From: Eubacteriales bacterium
GTDB taxonomy: Bacteria; Bacillota; Clostridia; Oscillospirales; CAG-382
Assembly: GCA_045657245.1 (NCBI GenBank)
Contig: JAZOSQ010000058.1
Location: 1-60,523, forward strand
Direction of reading: 5' to 3'
DNA: 60,523 nt
A program made the position numbers and the translations under genes. Within the stretch, counting starts at the first letter, position 1. Each line of letters starts with the position of its first letter. Shown one piece after another: positions 27,901-38,385 of the stretch. The notes under the pieces were generated by a model. That model did no database searches. It was given only the letters and a program-made list of their open reading frames with translations, and was not told the DNA's origin.

Positions 27901-30900
27901 TTAAAACATAGACATTTGGTCGGATTCGGGAAGGTCGCCGAAGCAGTTATTCTTCGCCAAAAGGTCCATAATCGATTTATTTACCGACGCTTTTACACGA
28001 AGTTCTTCAACCGTTGTAGCTTCGCCGTTTTTGATTACTTCAACGATCTTTTCACCGACAGATTCACCAAGACCGTTAAGCGAACAAAGAGGAAGACGAA
28101 TCTTTCCGTTTTCGGGAACGAATGCCTTCGCTTCCGATTTGCCTATCGAAACGGGAAGGAAAGAGAAACCGCGCGCAAACATTTCGAGAACGATGCGCAG
28201 AATGATTATCATACCTTCTTCTGTCGCCGAAAGGTTTGGCGCACTCTTTAATGCATTCAATCTTTCTTCGATCTTCGCTCTGCCGCTCATCACAAGTTCG
28301 GCATCGAAGAATTTACGTTTTATGGTGAAATAGGTTGCATAGAAAGCAACCGGCTGATAGATTTTGAACCAGCTCAGACGGAGCGACGCAATCGTATATG
28401 CCGCGGCGTGTGCCTTCGGGAACATATATTGTATCTTATTACAAGATGCAATATACCATTCGGGAACGTTCTTTTCTCGCATTGCGGCTTCCTGTTCGGG
28501 AAGAAGTCCTCTTCCCTTTCTCGTTCTCTCCATAGAGTCGAAAGCAATTGCCGAATCAAGTCCCATATGCATAAGATAGACCATTATACTGTCACGGGTA
28601 CCGATGATCTGATCGATCGTACAGGTTCCGTTTTCGATAAGGTCCTTACCGTTACCAAGCCAGATACCCGTTCCGTGCGAGAGTCCCGCAATCTGAACAA
28701 GGTCGGCAAAGGATTTCGGTTTTGCATCCAAAATCATTTGGATTGAATAGTCGGTGCCGAATTCGGGGATACCAAGCGTTCCTATCGGACAACCGATCTG
28801 CTCGGGCGTTACGCCCAAGGGTTTGGTTGAAGCGAAAAGCTCGATAACGTTTTTATCGTTCATAGGAACGTCGCGTACATCGATGCTCGTATAGTTTTGG
28901 AAATACCTATAATAGGTCGGCACATCGTGTCCGAGTATATCAAGCTTCAAAATCGTATCGTGCAGATATTCAAATGCGAAGTGAGTTGTGATAACTCCGC
29001 TTGATTCTTTATTTGCAGGATATTGCACGGGAGTAAAGTCATAAATTTCGTATTCCTTCGGAATAACGACGATACCGCCGGGGTGCTGTCCTGTTGTACT
29101 TTGAACACCGACAAAGCCCTGAACAAGACGGTTTTGCTCTGCACGGGTCAACGTTAGATTTTCTTTTTCGAGATATTTCTTAACGTAGCCGAAGCAGTTC
29201 TTATCCTGAAGAGTACCAACGGTACCTGCGCGGAAGATGTTTTCTTTACCGAACAAAACTTCCGTGAATTTATGCGCTTCGGACTGAACGTCGCCAGAGA
29301 AGTTAAGGTCGATATCGGGTGCCTTTTCGCCGTGGAATCCAAGGAAGGTTTCAAACGGGATATCGTGTCCGTCGGGATGCATTTTCGTTCCGCATTCGGG
29401 ACAATCCTTATCGGGCATATCAAAGCCTGAACCGACCGAACCGTCGGTGAAAAATTCGGAATATTTACATTTCGGACACGCATAGTGAGGCGGAAGCGGA
29501 TTTACTTCCGATATCTTCGCCAACGTTGCGACGAACGACGAACCAACCGAACCACGCGAGCCGACGAGATAGCCGTGTTCCTCGCTGTTTTGAACCAAAC
29601 GGCGCGCGATGACGTAAAGTACCGCAAAGCCGTTTGAAATGATAGAAGAAAGCTCTCTATCCATTCTTGCCTTTACGATTTCGGGCAATTCACCCTTGAA
29701 ACCATACATTTCCATCGCGGTCTGTTGGCACAGTTCTTGAAGTTCTTCTTCCGCACCGTCGATTTTCGGAGTATACGTGCCGTCGGGGATAGGTTTTATA
29801 TTATCAAAATCCGATATGACCTTTTTCGGATTTTCGACGACGATACGGTATGCTTCTTCTTTTCCGAGATATTCAAATTCGGAAAGCATTTCTTCAGTCG
29901 TACGGAAGAAGATTCTTGTGTCACGCATTGCGTCGGAAAAACCCTTACCGCTCATCATTATCTGACGGTAAATCTCGTCCTCGGGGTCCATAAAGTGAAC
30001 GTCACCCGTTGCGACGACGGGTTTTTTCTGTTTATTTGCGATTGCGATTATTTTTCTTACGTTATCGTGAAGCTGTTCTACTGTTGCTTGATTTTCGTCA
30101 ACAAGATATCCGTTATTGCAATCGGGTTGAACTTCAAGATAGTCATAGAAATCGGCAATACGATATAGCTCGTTATCGGGGCGGTTTTGAAGGATAGCTT
30201 CATAAAGTTCGCCCGATGAACAAGCCGAGCCGAGAATCAATCCTTCGCGGTTTTCCGCAAGAAGCGTTTTCGGGATGCGGGGTTGTTTTTTATAGAAATC
30301 AAGATATGATCTCGAAACGAGTTTATATAGGTTTTTGAGCCCTTTAAGGTTCTTGACGAGAATGATTATGTGATATGAACGAAGCTGTTTCGGGTCGGAA
30401 TTATGAGCCATTGCAGCGTTCATTTCGGTTACCGTTAAGATACCGTTCGCGGCGAGTTTTTGGATCATACAAGTGAATATCTTCGAGAGCATATCCGTAT
30501 CGGCATCCGCTTTGTGATGATCGAATTCACCGAGATTATAATATTTCGCAAGGGTATCAAGAGTATGTTTTTTCAAATCGCCGTTGATGAATCTTGAAAG
30601 CGCAACGGTATCAAGATAGGTATTATCAAACGGGATATTATTTTCGTCTGCAACACGGCGAATGAAGGAAATATCGAAATTCGCGTTATGGGCAACCAAC
30701 ATTCTGTCACCGCAGAATTCCAAGAAGCTTTCGACCGCTTCCCGCTCTGTCGGTGCGCCCTTTACCATATCGTCGGTTATTCCCGTCAAACGCACGATGT
30801 TTTCGGGAATCGGCTTTCCGCAATCGACAAAGGTTGAAAACTCGCCGATTATTTCGCCGTTTTTATATTTTAATGCGCCGATCTGTGTTATACCGCAAGT

Positions 30901-32274
30901 GTTCGGCGAAAGTCCCGTCGTTTCGATATCGAAAATTATGAATTCCGATTCAGAGAAGGTTATGACATTTTCGTCGTCATAACGGTATACCGCACGGGCA
31001 GTATCGTCAACGAGATATCCCTCAACACCGTAAATCGGCTTTACGTCGGGATATTTCTTCGCCGCTTTCATAACGATCGGATATGACTGAAGCGTACCGT
31101 GGTCGGTAAACGCAACGGCAGGCATACCCCAATCGTGAGCACGTTTCATTATATCCTCGGGATCGGAAAGTGCATCAAGCGCAGACATATTCGTATGTAG
31201 ATGCAATTCAACACGTTTTTCTTCGGCGTTATCCATTCTTCCGACGAAACCGCATTTGCTGATTGCTTTTACGTTTATTGTGAGTTCATCGTCTTCGACC
31301 ATTTGACGTGTCGTGCGGTCGAAAATCTTTCTATGTTCCGCCTTACCCGATATCATAACGTACGCAGGGGCTTTCGGAAGCTTCGGTGCTTCACTCTTCG
31401 GGCAAGTGAAACGTGCGGTTACAGACGCCGCAAGGTCGGTCAGATAGAGAGTATAGGTTACCTTATCCCCTTCGTAATTATCCTTACTTTCGACCGAGAA
31501 AAGACGGCCGCCGACAGCAACTGTCGTTCCGTTTTTTATGTTTGATATCGGAACAAGGTTCCAACTTTTTCTATCGCCCATTATGGGTTCGGGAGAGGTT
31601 ATATCCAAAGTGATATTACCGACACGCACAAGGCGTTTTTCGCCCGATTCGAAATAACGTGCATCGCCGACAGCTTCGTTTCTGAAAGAAGCGCGGGGCG
31701 CTGTTTTTTCGGTTTCTTTTTGGATCTCGAATTTCTGCGAACGAAGACTTTCCAAAAGTCGATCTTCACGTTCGTTATGATATGACAAAATATCGAATTC
31801 TTCGCTTTCGAATCTTATATCAAGGTCGATTCCGAATTGTTCGGAAACACATTGTTTTATGAAGTTCTGTGCGCCGTTCGTTTCGGGGATATCGGCAGAG
31901 ATATACTGACGGAGTTTTATAACAAAAACACCGTTTGTTTTGTCATAAGAATAGGTTGAACGGTCGAAAAAGCCATAGTTAAGTTTCGAAACGTTTTTGA
32001 GCGTTTCGATGACACCGTCCATATGTTTTTCTTCGAATGGAACAGCATATTTCGGATAAAGCGAAGCGGAATTGAGGTTATACGCTTTTTTGATTTCCGA
32101 TTCGATTTCGAAAATCATTGCCGGTTCGACATAGGAAGAAAACTCCGCTGTGACCGCAATACAAACACGTTCACGGTCTACCTTTACGGAGAAGGCAGTG
32201 CAACAAGATATGGCATCTTTCGCCTTTTGGGAGAATGACGCTTTTTTGAATTTATTCAAAAATTCATTAAGCAT
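27901..32274 (-). CDS. polC: DNA polymerase III, PolC type
   Basis: The 1457-aa ORF has a PHP domain (ELHLHTNMS), an inserted DEDD exonuclease (FIIFDIETTGLS ... HNANFDISF) and a polymerase core with a Zn finger (CPKC...CPECG). Confidence 0.97.
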   Translation of the reverse strand: MLNEFLNKFKKASFSQKAKDAISCCTAFSVKVDRERVCIAVTAEFSSYVEPAMIFEIESEIKKAYNLNSASLYPKYAVPFEEKHMDGVIETLKNVSKLNYGFFDRSTYSYDKTNGVFVIKLRQYISADIPETNGAQNFIKQCVSEQFGIDLDIRFESEEFDILSYHNEREDRLLESLRSQKFEIQKETEKTAPRASFRNEAVGDARYFESGEKRLVRVGNITLDITSPEPIMGDRKSWNLVPISNIKNGTTVAVGGRLFSVESKDNYEGDKVTYTLYLTDLAASVTARFTCPKSEAPKLPKAPAYVMISGKAEHRKIFDRTTRQMVEDDELTINVKAISKCGFVGRMDNAEEKRVELHLHTNMSALDALSDPEDIMKRAHDWGMPAVAFTDHGTLQSYPIVMKAAKKYPDVKPIYGVEGYLVDDTARAVYRYDDENVITFSESEFIIFDIETTGLSPNTCGITQIGALKYKNGEIIGEFSTFVDCGKPIPENIVRLTGITDDMVKGAPTEREAVESFLEFCGDRMLVAHNANFDISFIRRVADENNIPFDNTYLDTVALSRFINGDLKKHTLDTLAKYYNLGEFDHHKADADTDMLSKIFTCMIQKLAANGILTVTEMNAAMAHNSDPKQLRSYHIIILVKNLKGLKNLYKLVSRSYLDFYKKQPRIPKTLLAENREGLILGSACSSGELYEAILQNRPDNELYRIADFYDYLEVQPDCNNGYLVDENQATVEQLHDNVRKIIAIANKQKKPVVATGDVHFMDPEDEIYRQIMMSGKGFSDAMRDTRIFFRTTEEMLSEFEYLGKEEAYRIVVENPKKVISDFDNIKPIPDGTYTPKIDGAEEELQELCQQTAMEMYGFKGELPEIVKARMDRELSSIISNGFAVLYVIARRLVQNSEEHGYLVGSRGSVGSSFVATLAKISEVNPLPPHYACPKCKYSEFFTDGSVGSGFDMPDKDCPECGTKMHPDGHDIPFETFLGFHGEKAPDIDLNFSGDVQSEAHKFTEVLFGKENIFRAGTVGTLQDKNCFGYVKKYLEKENLTLTRAEQNRLVQGFVGVQSTTGQHPGGIVVIPKEYEIYDFTPVQYPANKESSGVITTHFAFEYLHDTILKLDILGHDVPTYYRYFQNYTSIDVRDVPMNDKNVIELFASTKPLGVTPEQIGCPIGTLGIPEFGTDYSIQMILDAKPKSFADLVQIAGLSHGTGIWLGNGKDLIENGTCTIDQIIGTRDSIMVYLMHMGLDSAIAFDSMERTRKGRGLLPEQEAAMREKNVPEWYIASCNKIQYMFPKAHAAAYTIASLRLSWFKIYQPVAFYATYFTIKRKFFDAELVMSGRAKIEERLNALKSAPNLSATEEGMIIILRIVLEMFARGFSFLPVSIGKSEAKAFVPENGKIRLPLCSLNGLGESVGEKIVEVIKNGEATTVEELRVKASVNKSIMDLLAKNNCFGDLPESDQMSMF

Positions 32275-33319
32275 TAAGAAGGTCCTTTATCTCTTTTATA
32301 AGTACGGGGACAATTTCGTCCTCTTCAAGTTTCTTTATTATTTCACCTTTTCGGAACAAAAGTCCCGATTTATTACCACAGGCAACACCAAGATCGGCAT
32401 GTTTTGCTTCGCCGGGGCCGTTTACGACACAGCCCATAAGCGCAACCGTAAGACGTCTGTCGGTTTTGATCTCTCTTGTTTGTTTTTCGAGCTCTGCAAC
32501 GAGGGGGATCAAATTCGATTGGGTTCTTCCGCAAGTCGGACAGGAAACGATATTGATTCCTCCGCCTATACCGCAACAGAAAAGAATATCTTGCGCGGCG
32601 AGAACCTCTTTCACGGGGTCATCCGTCAAGGAAACACGAACTGTATCGCCGATTCCGTCGAGGAGAAGCGAACCGATTCCTATCGCGGATTTTATATTAC
32701 CTCTTCTGACGTCACCCGTTTCGGTTACGCCGATATGGAGAGGATAATCGCATTTTTCGGACAAGATTCTTGCCGCCTTCGTCATTGTCAAAACGTCGGA
32801 GCTTTTTACCGAAAGAACGATATTGTTGAAATCACATTCTTCAAGCATTCTTGCGTTATTAAGCGCACTTTCAGCCAACGCTTCTGCCGTCGGACCGCCG
32901 TATTTTTCGAGAAGTGATTTTTCGGTGCTGCCGCCGTTTATACCGATTCTTATCGGGATATTACGGCTTTTACATGCAGATGCAACCTTTTTTATATTTT
33001 CTTTATCACCGATATTACCGGGGTTTATGCGAATCTTGGAGATACCTCTCTCTGCCGCGGCAAGTGCCAAACGATAGTCAAAATGGATATCAGCAACCAA
33101 CGGCATCGAAACGTTTTCGACATAATAAGGTATTGCTTCTGCAGCTTCCATATCGTTTACGGTGAAACGAACTATATCACATCCCGCAGAGGAAAGCGAT
33201 TTTATCTGATTCAACGTTGCTTCCCTATCGGCAGTCTTTGTGTTTGTCATCGATTGGATTGCGATTCTGTTGCCACCGCCGATTATTATATTGCCAATCT
33301 TTACTTCTCTTGTTTTCAT
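32267..33319 (-). CDS. ispG: 4-hydroxy-3-methylbut-2-en-1-yl diphosphate synthase
   Basis: The 350-aa ORF has a GcpE-like sequence (IQSMTNT...VRFTV...; C-terminal CPTCGR...GCVVNGPGE). Confidence 0.95.
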   Translation of the reverse strand: MKTREVKIGNIIIGGGNRIAIQSMTNTKTADREATLNQIKSLSSAGCDIVRFTVNDMEAAEAIPYYVENVSMPLVADIHFDYRLALAAAERGISKIRINPGNIGDKENIKKVASACKSRNIPIRIGINGGSTEKSLLEKYGGPTAEALAESALNNARMLEECDFNNIVLSVKSSDVLTMTKAARILSEKCDYPLHIGVTETGDVRRGNIKSAIGIGSLLLDGIGDTVRVSLTDDPVKEVLAAQDILFCCGIGGGINIVSCPTCGRTQSNLIPLVAELEKQTREIKTDRRLTVALMGCVVNGPGEAKHADLGVACGNKSGLLFRKGEIIKKLEEDEIVPVLIKEIKDLLNA

Positions 33320-33320
33320 A

Positions 33321-34385
33321 TTAAAAAAGTCCTATCAAGTCTTTGAATGCAACCATAAACATCAAGCCGAACAGAAGAAGGGCAAAAAATGCGCTTATTG
33401 CTTGTTCGAACTTAGGGTTCATCGGTTTTCGTCTTATTGCTTCTATGATATAAAACAGCAATCGTCCACCATCAAGCACGGGAATCGGAAACAAATTGCA
33501 TATACCGAGCGAAACGGATATCATTACCGTCAAGGAAGCAAGGTTTTGAAGTATTTCGACGAGACTTTTGCTTTCTTGTATCGTATTATTAATCTCGCCG
33601 CCGATTGCAATCGGGCCGCCGACAGCGTCCATTCCATATTTCCCCGAGAAAGTATCATAAATCGAATCGACAGTCATATAGACAGTAGAAACCGATTGCC
33701 AGAAGGATTCGTAAACAACGTTTGTGAAGGTTTTTTCTTTTCGATATACGAGAAAGTCCTGGTTGCCGAAGGCAATGCCCTTTTCGGTTTCGATTCCGAA
33801 AGAAACATCTTTAAGATATACTTCTTTGCCATTTCTTAAAACAGTTATATCGATCGGTTCGTTACCGTCGGAAACGATTTTATATGCCATATCGCTATAG
33901 CATTTTATCGTTTTTCCGTTTATATTGATTATTTCGTCATTAACCTGCAATCCGTATTCGTTGGAAACACTATTGTCCATAAATTCCGCAACCGTTGTCG
34001 AACCGATAACGCTTCCCGTTGTCACGAGAATCGACATTATCAAAAAGGCAAGAACTAGGTTCATAAACGGACCTGCAATTACGATTAAAATACGTTGCCA
34101 AACAGGTTTTGTGTTAAGAGGGATTTTGTATTTATGTTCTTCGGGAATCTCTTCGTCGTATTCGCCGACCATATTTACAAAACCGCCTATCGGTATCGCA
34201 CGGAGAGAAAAATCGTTATACTTCCCTTTCCAGGTTTTCAATTTCGGTCCCATACCGATCGCAAACTCGATTACACCTACACCGAAAGCACGGGCAACGA
34301 TATAGTGTCCGAATTCGTGAATGAATATCAAAAGACCGAATATGAAAATTGTAACAATAAGTGTTATCAAGGGACTTAACATCAA
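33321..34385 (-). CDS. rseP: RIP site-2 metalloprotease RseP/RasP family
   Basis: The 354-aa ORF has HEFGHY in the first TM, a central PDZ-like region and a C-terminal NLFPIPVLDGG motif. Confidence 0.9.
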   Translation of the reverse strand: MMLSPLITLIVTIFIFGLLIFIHEFGHYIVARAFGVGVIEFAIGMGPKLKTWKGKYNDFSLRAIPIGGFVNMVGEYDEEIPEEHKYKIPLNTKPVWQRILIVIAGPFMNLVLAFLIMSILVTTGSVIGSTTVAEFMDNSVSNEYGLQVNDEIININGKTIKCYSDMAYKIVSDGNEPIDITVLRNGKEVYLKDVSFGIETEKGIAFGNQDFLVYRKEKTFTNVVYESFWQSVSTVYMTVDSIYDTFSGKYGMDAVGGPIAIGGEINNTIQESKSLVEILQNLASLTVMISVSLGICNLFPIPVLDGGRLLFYIIEAIRRKPMNPKFEQAISAFFALLLFGLMFMVAFKDLIGLF

Positions 34386-34400
34386 AAATCAACTCCGTAA

Positions 34401-35531
34401 TTATTTACAACGAGCAACCAACAAACGTGCGTCTCTATCGGAAGCAATGATATCGTCGAGGGTGGGATTCGGGATATAATCAAAGTTTTCGGTAACGTCA
34501 ATTACCGTTTCGAAAAGTTTATCGAAGCTTATTTTTCCGTCAAGGAACAAAGCAACCGCCTCTTCGTTTGCGCCGTTCATAACGGCAGGTATGTTGCCTC
34601 CCCTTTCTATCGAACGTCTTGCCAAAGCAAGAAGCGGGAAGGTTTCCGTATCGGGCTTTTGGAAGTTTAATTCCTTACCGAAAAGGTCAAGAGAATCTGC
34701 AGGAGAAGGCATACGTTCGGGATAGGTTATTGCATACTGGATGCAAAGACGCATATCGGGGACGCCAAGTTGAGCTATAACAGCGGAATCTTCGAATTCG
34801 ACAAGCGAATGAACTATACTTTGAGGGTGGATTATAACCTCTACCTTATCGGGAGAAACATCGAAAAGATGAACCGCTTCGATAAGCTCGAGCCCTTTAT
34901 TCATCAAGCTTGCGCTATCGACGGAAATCTTCTTGCCCATATTCCAACGAGGATGTTTTATCGCCATTTCGGGAGTTACATGCTTAATATACTCCTTATT
35001 CTGTCCCAAAAACGGGCCTCCTGAACCGGTTAATAATATTTTTTTTATTTTTCCGCCACCTTGCAGACATTGAAAGATTGCAGAATGTTCGCTATCGACG
35101 GGGAGAAGCGTTGCGCCGCCATTTTTTACGGCATCGGTGACAAGTGTACCACCTGCGACCAAAGTTTCTTTGTTCGCAAAAGCAATTTTCTTCCCTTTTT
35201 TTGCCGCAGCGAGTGTTGGGAGCAATCCCGTCATTCCGACGACAGCATTTACGATAGTTTCGGAAGGATCTTCGCTCGCAACCTCGCAAAGTCCTTCATC
35301 GCCCGAAAGGATCTTTATATCCATATCGGAAAGAAGCAACTTTAATTCCGAATATTTTTCGTCGCTGATACAAACACAATCGGGTTTGAATTCACGACAT
35401 TGTGCTTCGAGCAATTTCGTATTAGAATGTGCGGAAAGCGCAGTGACGCGAAGCCCAAGGTTTCGCGCCACATCGAGAGTTTGAGTTCCTATTGAGCCCG
35501 TTGAACCGAGCAAAGAGATTGTTCTATCCAT
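34401..35531 (-). CDS. dxr: 1-deoxy-D-xylulose 5-phosphate reductoisomerase
   Basis: The N-terminus is LGSTGSIGTQTLDV and the family is clear. The start is either the ATG at 35531 (preferred) or the GTG at 35540, and neither has a good SD. Confidence 0.94.
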   Translation of the reverse strand: MDRTISLLGSTGSIGTQTLDVARNLGLRVTALSAHSNTKLLEAQCREFKPDCVCISDEKYSELKLLLSDMDIKILSGDEGLCEVASEDPSETIVNAVVGMTGLLPTLAAAKKGKKIAFANKETLVAGGTLVTDAVKNGGATLLPVDSEHSAIFQCLQGGGKIKKILLTGSGGPFLGQNKEYIKHVTPEMAIKHPRWNMGKKISVDSASLMNKGLELIEAVHLFDVSPDKVEVIIHPQSIVHSLVEFEDSAVIAQLGVPDMRLCIQYAITYPERMPSPADSLDLFGKELNFQKPDTETFPLLALARRSIERGGNIPAVMNGANEEAVALFLDGKISFDKLFETVIDVTENFDYIPNPTLDDIIASDRDARLLVARCK

Positions 35532-35536
35532 AGTTA

Positions 35537-36361
35537 TCACATAAAGTAATTATAGAATATTATAATCGAAATTAGTCCTATTGCAGTGATGATCGAAGCA
35601 GGAATAACGCTATCGAATCTATCGACAACACCGCCGTGACCGGGGAATATCTTGCCGTAATCCTTGACTCCGAAACGGCGTTTGATTATAGATGCAACCA
35701 AATCGCCAAGTTGGCTTACAATCGACACGGGAAGCGCCATGAGTCCCCAGATAGGATCGCCATGCGCAATCCAAAAAACAACAACGCCAGCTAAAGTACC
35801 AAATATTGTTCCGCCGATTGCGCCTGCTATAGTCTTCTTCGGTGATATGTCGGGGCAAAGCTTTTTCTTTCCGAAAAGCATACCCGAAAAATATGCGAAG
35901 GTATCTGTGCACCAAGAAATTGCAAGCACCAATGCAACCGACCAAAGTCCTAAAACGGGACGAAGCGCAGACATTTCCGACAACGCAACAAAACCGGCAG
36001 TTATGTATATTGCAAGTCCATAGAACATAAGAACACGTTCGATATTGATGGTCTTATGCTGTACAAGGCAGACGAAAAGGAAATACAACAAGGTCAATAC
36101 CAATACTGCAAGAAGGCAGGATGCCGCCGCGAAAAGACGTGCCTTAAACAAAGGGCAAACGCCAACGCAAATTGCAGAACCTATTATCGAAGGAATCGAT
36201 ATTGCATAATTTTTCAACAAACCGCAACAGGTGAGCATTTCATAGATTGAAAATCCGCAAATTAAAGCGAATATCAAGGATGCGCCCCATACACCGCCGA
36301 ACATCAATGCAGGTACAAACACCAGCAAAGCAACGATGGCTGTTAATATTCGTGTTATCAT
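35537..36361 (-). CDS. cdsA: Phosphatidate cytidylyltransferase
   Basis: The 274-aa membrane protein has the CDS signature SIIKRRFGVKDYGKIFPGHGGVVDRFDS. Confidence 0.92.
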   Translation of the reverse strand: MITRILTAIVALLVFVPALMFGGVWGASLIFALICGFSIYEMLTCCGLLKNYAISIPSIIGSAICVGVCPLFKARLFAAASCLLAVLVLTLLYFLFVCLVQHKTINIERVLMFYGLAIYITAGFVALSEMSALRPVLGLWSVALVLAISWCTDTFAYFSGMLFGKKKLCPDISPKKTIAGAIGGTIFGTLAGVVVFWIAHGDPIWGLMALPVSIVSQLGDLVASIIKRRFGVKDYGKIFPGHGGVVDRFDSVIPASIITAIGLISIIIFYNYFM

Positions 36362-36364
36362 AAA

Positions 36365-37060
36365 TTACCTCCCGAACCGACGTTCGCGTTTTGAGAAGGA
36401 TTCTATTGCTTTTAACAATTCTTTTTTGTCAAAATCAGGCCAATATACGTCAGTAAAATAATATTCGGAATATGCCGACTGCCACAACAAAAAGTTCGAA
36501 ATTCTGTATTCACCGCTCGTACGCACGACCAAATCGGGATCGGGCACGCCTGCGGAATAGAGATTTCTTTCGATATCTTCGGCTGTAACTTCGGTCTTCC
36601 CTTCTTTCAAAAGACGGTTTACCGCATTGACAAGCTCTTGACGTCCGCCATAGGAAAGGCAAATACAAAGTGTCATACCCGTATTTGTCGCAAGACGTTC
36701 CTCGACAGAGCGAAGCGCTTGACGATATTTCGGTTCGAAGCGGTCAATATCGCCCAAAAGTTTCAAGCGGATATTCTTTCTGACCATTTCGGGTTCGTAT
36801 TTAACGATACCTCGGCTCATCAATTCCATCAAAGCCGAAACTTCTTCGGGGGCACGATTCCAGTTTTCTGACGAAAAGGCATAGACGGTAAGATATTCAA
36901 TACCCAAATCGCTACAAGAGTCAACCGTATCGACAAACGTATCGAGTCCGACTTTGTGGCCTGCGGTACGGGGGAGAAAACGTTTTTTCGCCCATCTTCC
37001 GTTACCGTCCATAATTATCGCTATATGACGGGGGATTTTAAGTTCGGTCGTTTCCGACAT
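36365..37060 (-). CDS. uppS: Isoprenyl transferase (undecaprenyl-diphosphate synthase)
   Basis: The 231-aa ORF has HIAIIMDGNGRWA and the C-terminal FLLWQSAYSE and RRFG motifs. Confidence 0.95.
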   Translation of the reverse strand: MSETTELKIPRHIAIIMDGNGRWAKKRFLPRTAGHKVGLDTFVDTVDSCSDLGIEYLTVYAFSSENWNRAPEEVSALMELMSRGIVKYEPEMVRKNIRLKLLGDIDRFEPKYRQALRSVEERLATNTGMTLCICLSYGGRQELVNAVNRLLKEGKTEVTAEDIERNLYSAGVPDPDLVVRTSGEYRISNFLLWQSAYSEYYFTDVYWPDFDKKELLKAIESFSKRERRFGR

Positions 37061-37063
37061 AAA

Positions 37064-37615
37064 TTAGATCTCCATTATTTCCTTATCTTTTCTTGCAACA
37101 ACAGCGTCCACTTCTTTGATAAGTTTATCGGTTACGTCCTGAATGGTCTTTTCTGCAGCCTTGAGGTCGTCTTCGGTGATTTCCGAATTCTTCTTCATTG
37201 CTTTTGCTGCATCGTTTGCATCACGACGGATGTTACGGATTGCAACCTTGCAGTCTTCACCCATTTTGGAGGTTTTCTTTGTGAGTTCTTTTCTGCGTTC
37301 TTCTGTCAATGCAGGAAAAACAAGGCGGACGCATTTGCCGTCGTTGGTGGGAGTGATTCCGATATCGGAAGCGAGGATCGCTTTTTCGATTTCTTTAAGC
37401 ATACTTGCTTCCCAAGGAGTGATTACGAGGGTTCTTGCGTCGGTTGCCTTTACAGTTGCAACACCTTCAATACCTGTGGGGCTTCCGTAATAGGAAACAG
37501 TCACTTTATCGAGAACCTTTGCGCTTGCACGGCCGACTCTTATGGTTCCGAAGTCTTCTTCGAGAACGCTTATACTCTTTTTCATTTTTTCTTCAAAGGG
37601 CTTCATTTCAAACAT
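37064..37615 (-). CDS. frr: Ribosome recycling factor
   Basis: The 183-aa ORF has an RRF-like sequence and sits in the conserved pyrH-frr-uppS-cdsA order. Confidence 0.96.
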   Translation of the reverse strand: MFEMKPFEEKMKKSISVLEEDFGTIRVGRASAKVLDKVTVSYYGSPTGIEGVATVKATDARTLVITPWEASMLKEIEKAILASDIGITPTNDGKCVRLVFPALTEERRKELTKKTSKMGEDCKVAIRNIRRDANDAAKAMKKNSEITEDDLKAAEKTIQDVTDKLIKEVDAVVARKDKEIMEI

Positions 37616-37648
37616 GGTTATTACCTTCCTTTTGTTGATTTATTTGAA

Positions 37649-38359
37649 TTAATTATGTATCAATGTTCCGATGTTTTCGCCGTTTGCCGCACGGATGATA
37701 TTATCCGGTTCGGACAAGGGGAAAAGCACGGTCTTTATTCCGCTTTCTTCACCGATAGTTGCGGCGCTCTGGTCGATTGCCTTCAAGCCGAGAGAAAGCA
37801 TTTCGCTATATGTCAATTCGTCAAATTTCTTTGCATCGGGATATTTTGCAGGGTCTTTATCATAGACACCGTTTACGTTCTTTGCGGAAAGAACGGCATC
37901 GCACTTAAGTTCTGCCGCACGAAGCATCATACCTGTATCTGTTGAGAAGAAGGGATAGCCTACACCACAGGAAAGAATCACAACTTCGCCTTTTTCGAGG
38001 TATTCAATTGCTTTGTATTGAGAATAGGGTTCGCAGAACTGTTGGATTTGAACAGCACTCATAACGTGCGCGTTAACACCGGTCTTGATGATATAATCCT
38101 GCATAGCAATTGAGTTTATAACCGTTGCGAGCATACCCATATGGTCACCTCTTACACGGTCAACGGAAAGACCATTCTGTCTTGCTCCGCGCCAGATATT
38201 TCCCGCACCGATTACAATGCAAATTTGGGTACCTTCCTTTACAAGACGGGAAATCACGTCCGCAACCGAATCGAGCATATCTCCGTTCAAGATACGGTTT
38301 CCTTCGCCCGAAAGCGCTTCCCCACTCAATTTCACAAGAACACGCTTGTATTTTGCCAT
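37649..38359 (-). CDS. pyrH: UMP kinase
   Basis: The 236-aa ORF has VLVKLSGEAL and GAGNIWRG motifs. Confidence 0.96.
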   Translation of the reverse strand: MAKYKRVLVKLSGEALSGEGNRILNGDMLDSVADVISRLVKEGTQICIVIGAGNIWRGARQNGLSVDRVRGDHMGMLATVINSIAMQDYIIKTGVNAHVMSAVQIQQFCEPYSQYKAIEYLEKGEVVILSCGVGYPFFSTDTGMMLRAAELKCDAVLSAKNVNGVYDKDPAKYPDAKKFDELTYSEMLSLGLKAIDQSAATIGEESGIKTVLFPLSEPDNIIRAANGENIGTLIHN

Positions 38360-38385
38360 TTCAAATTCCCTCGCTTTTAAATTAA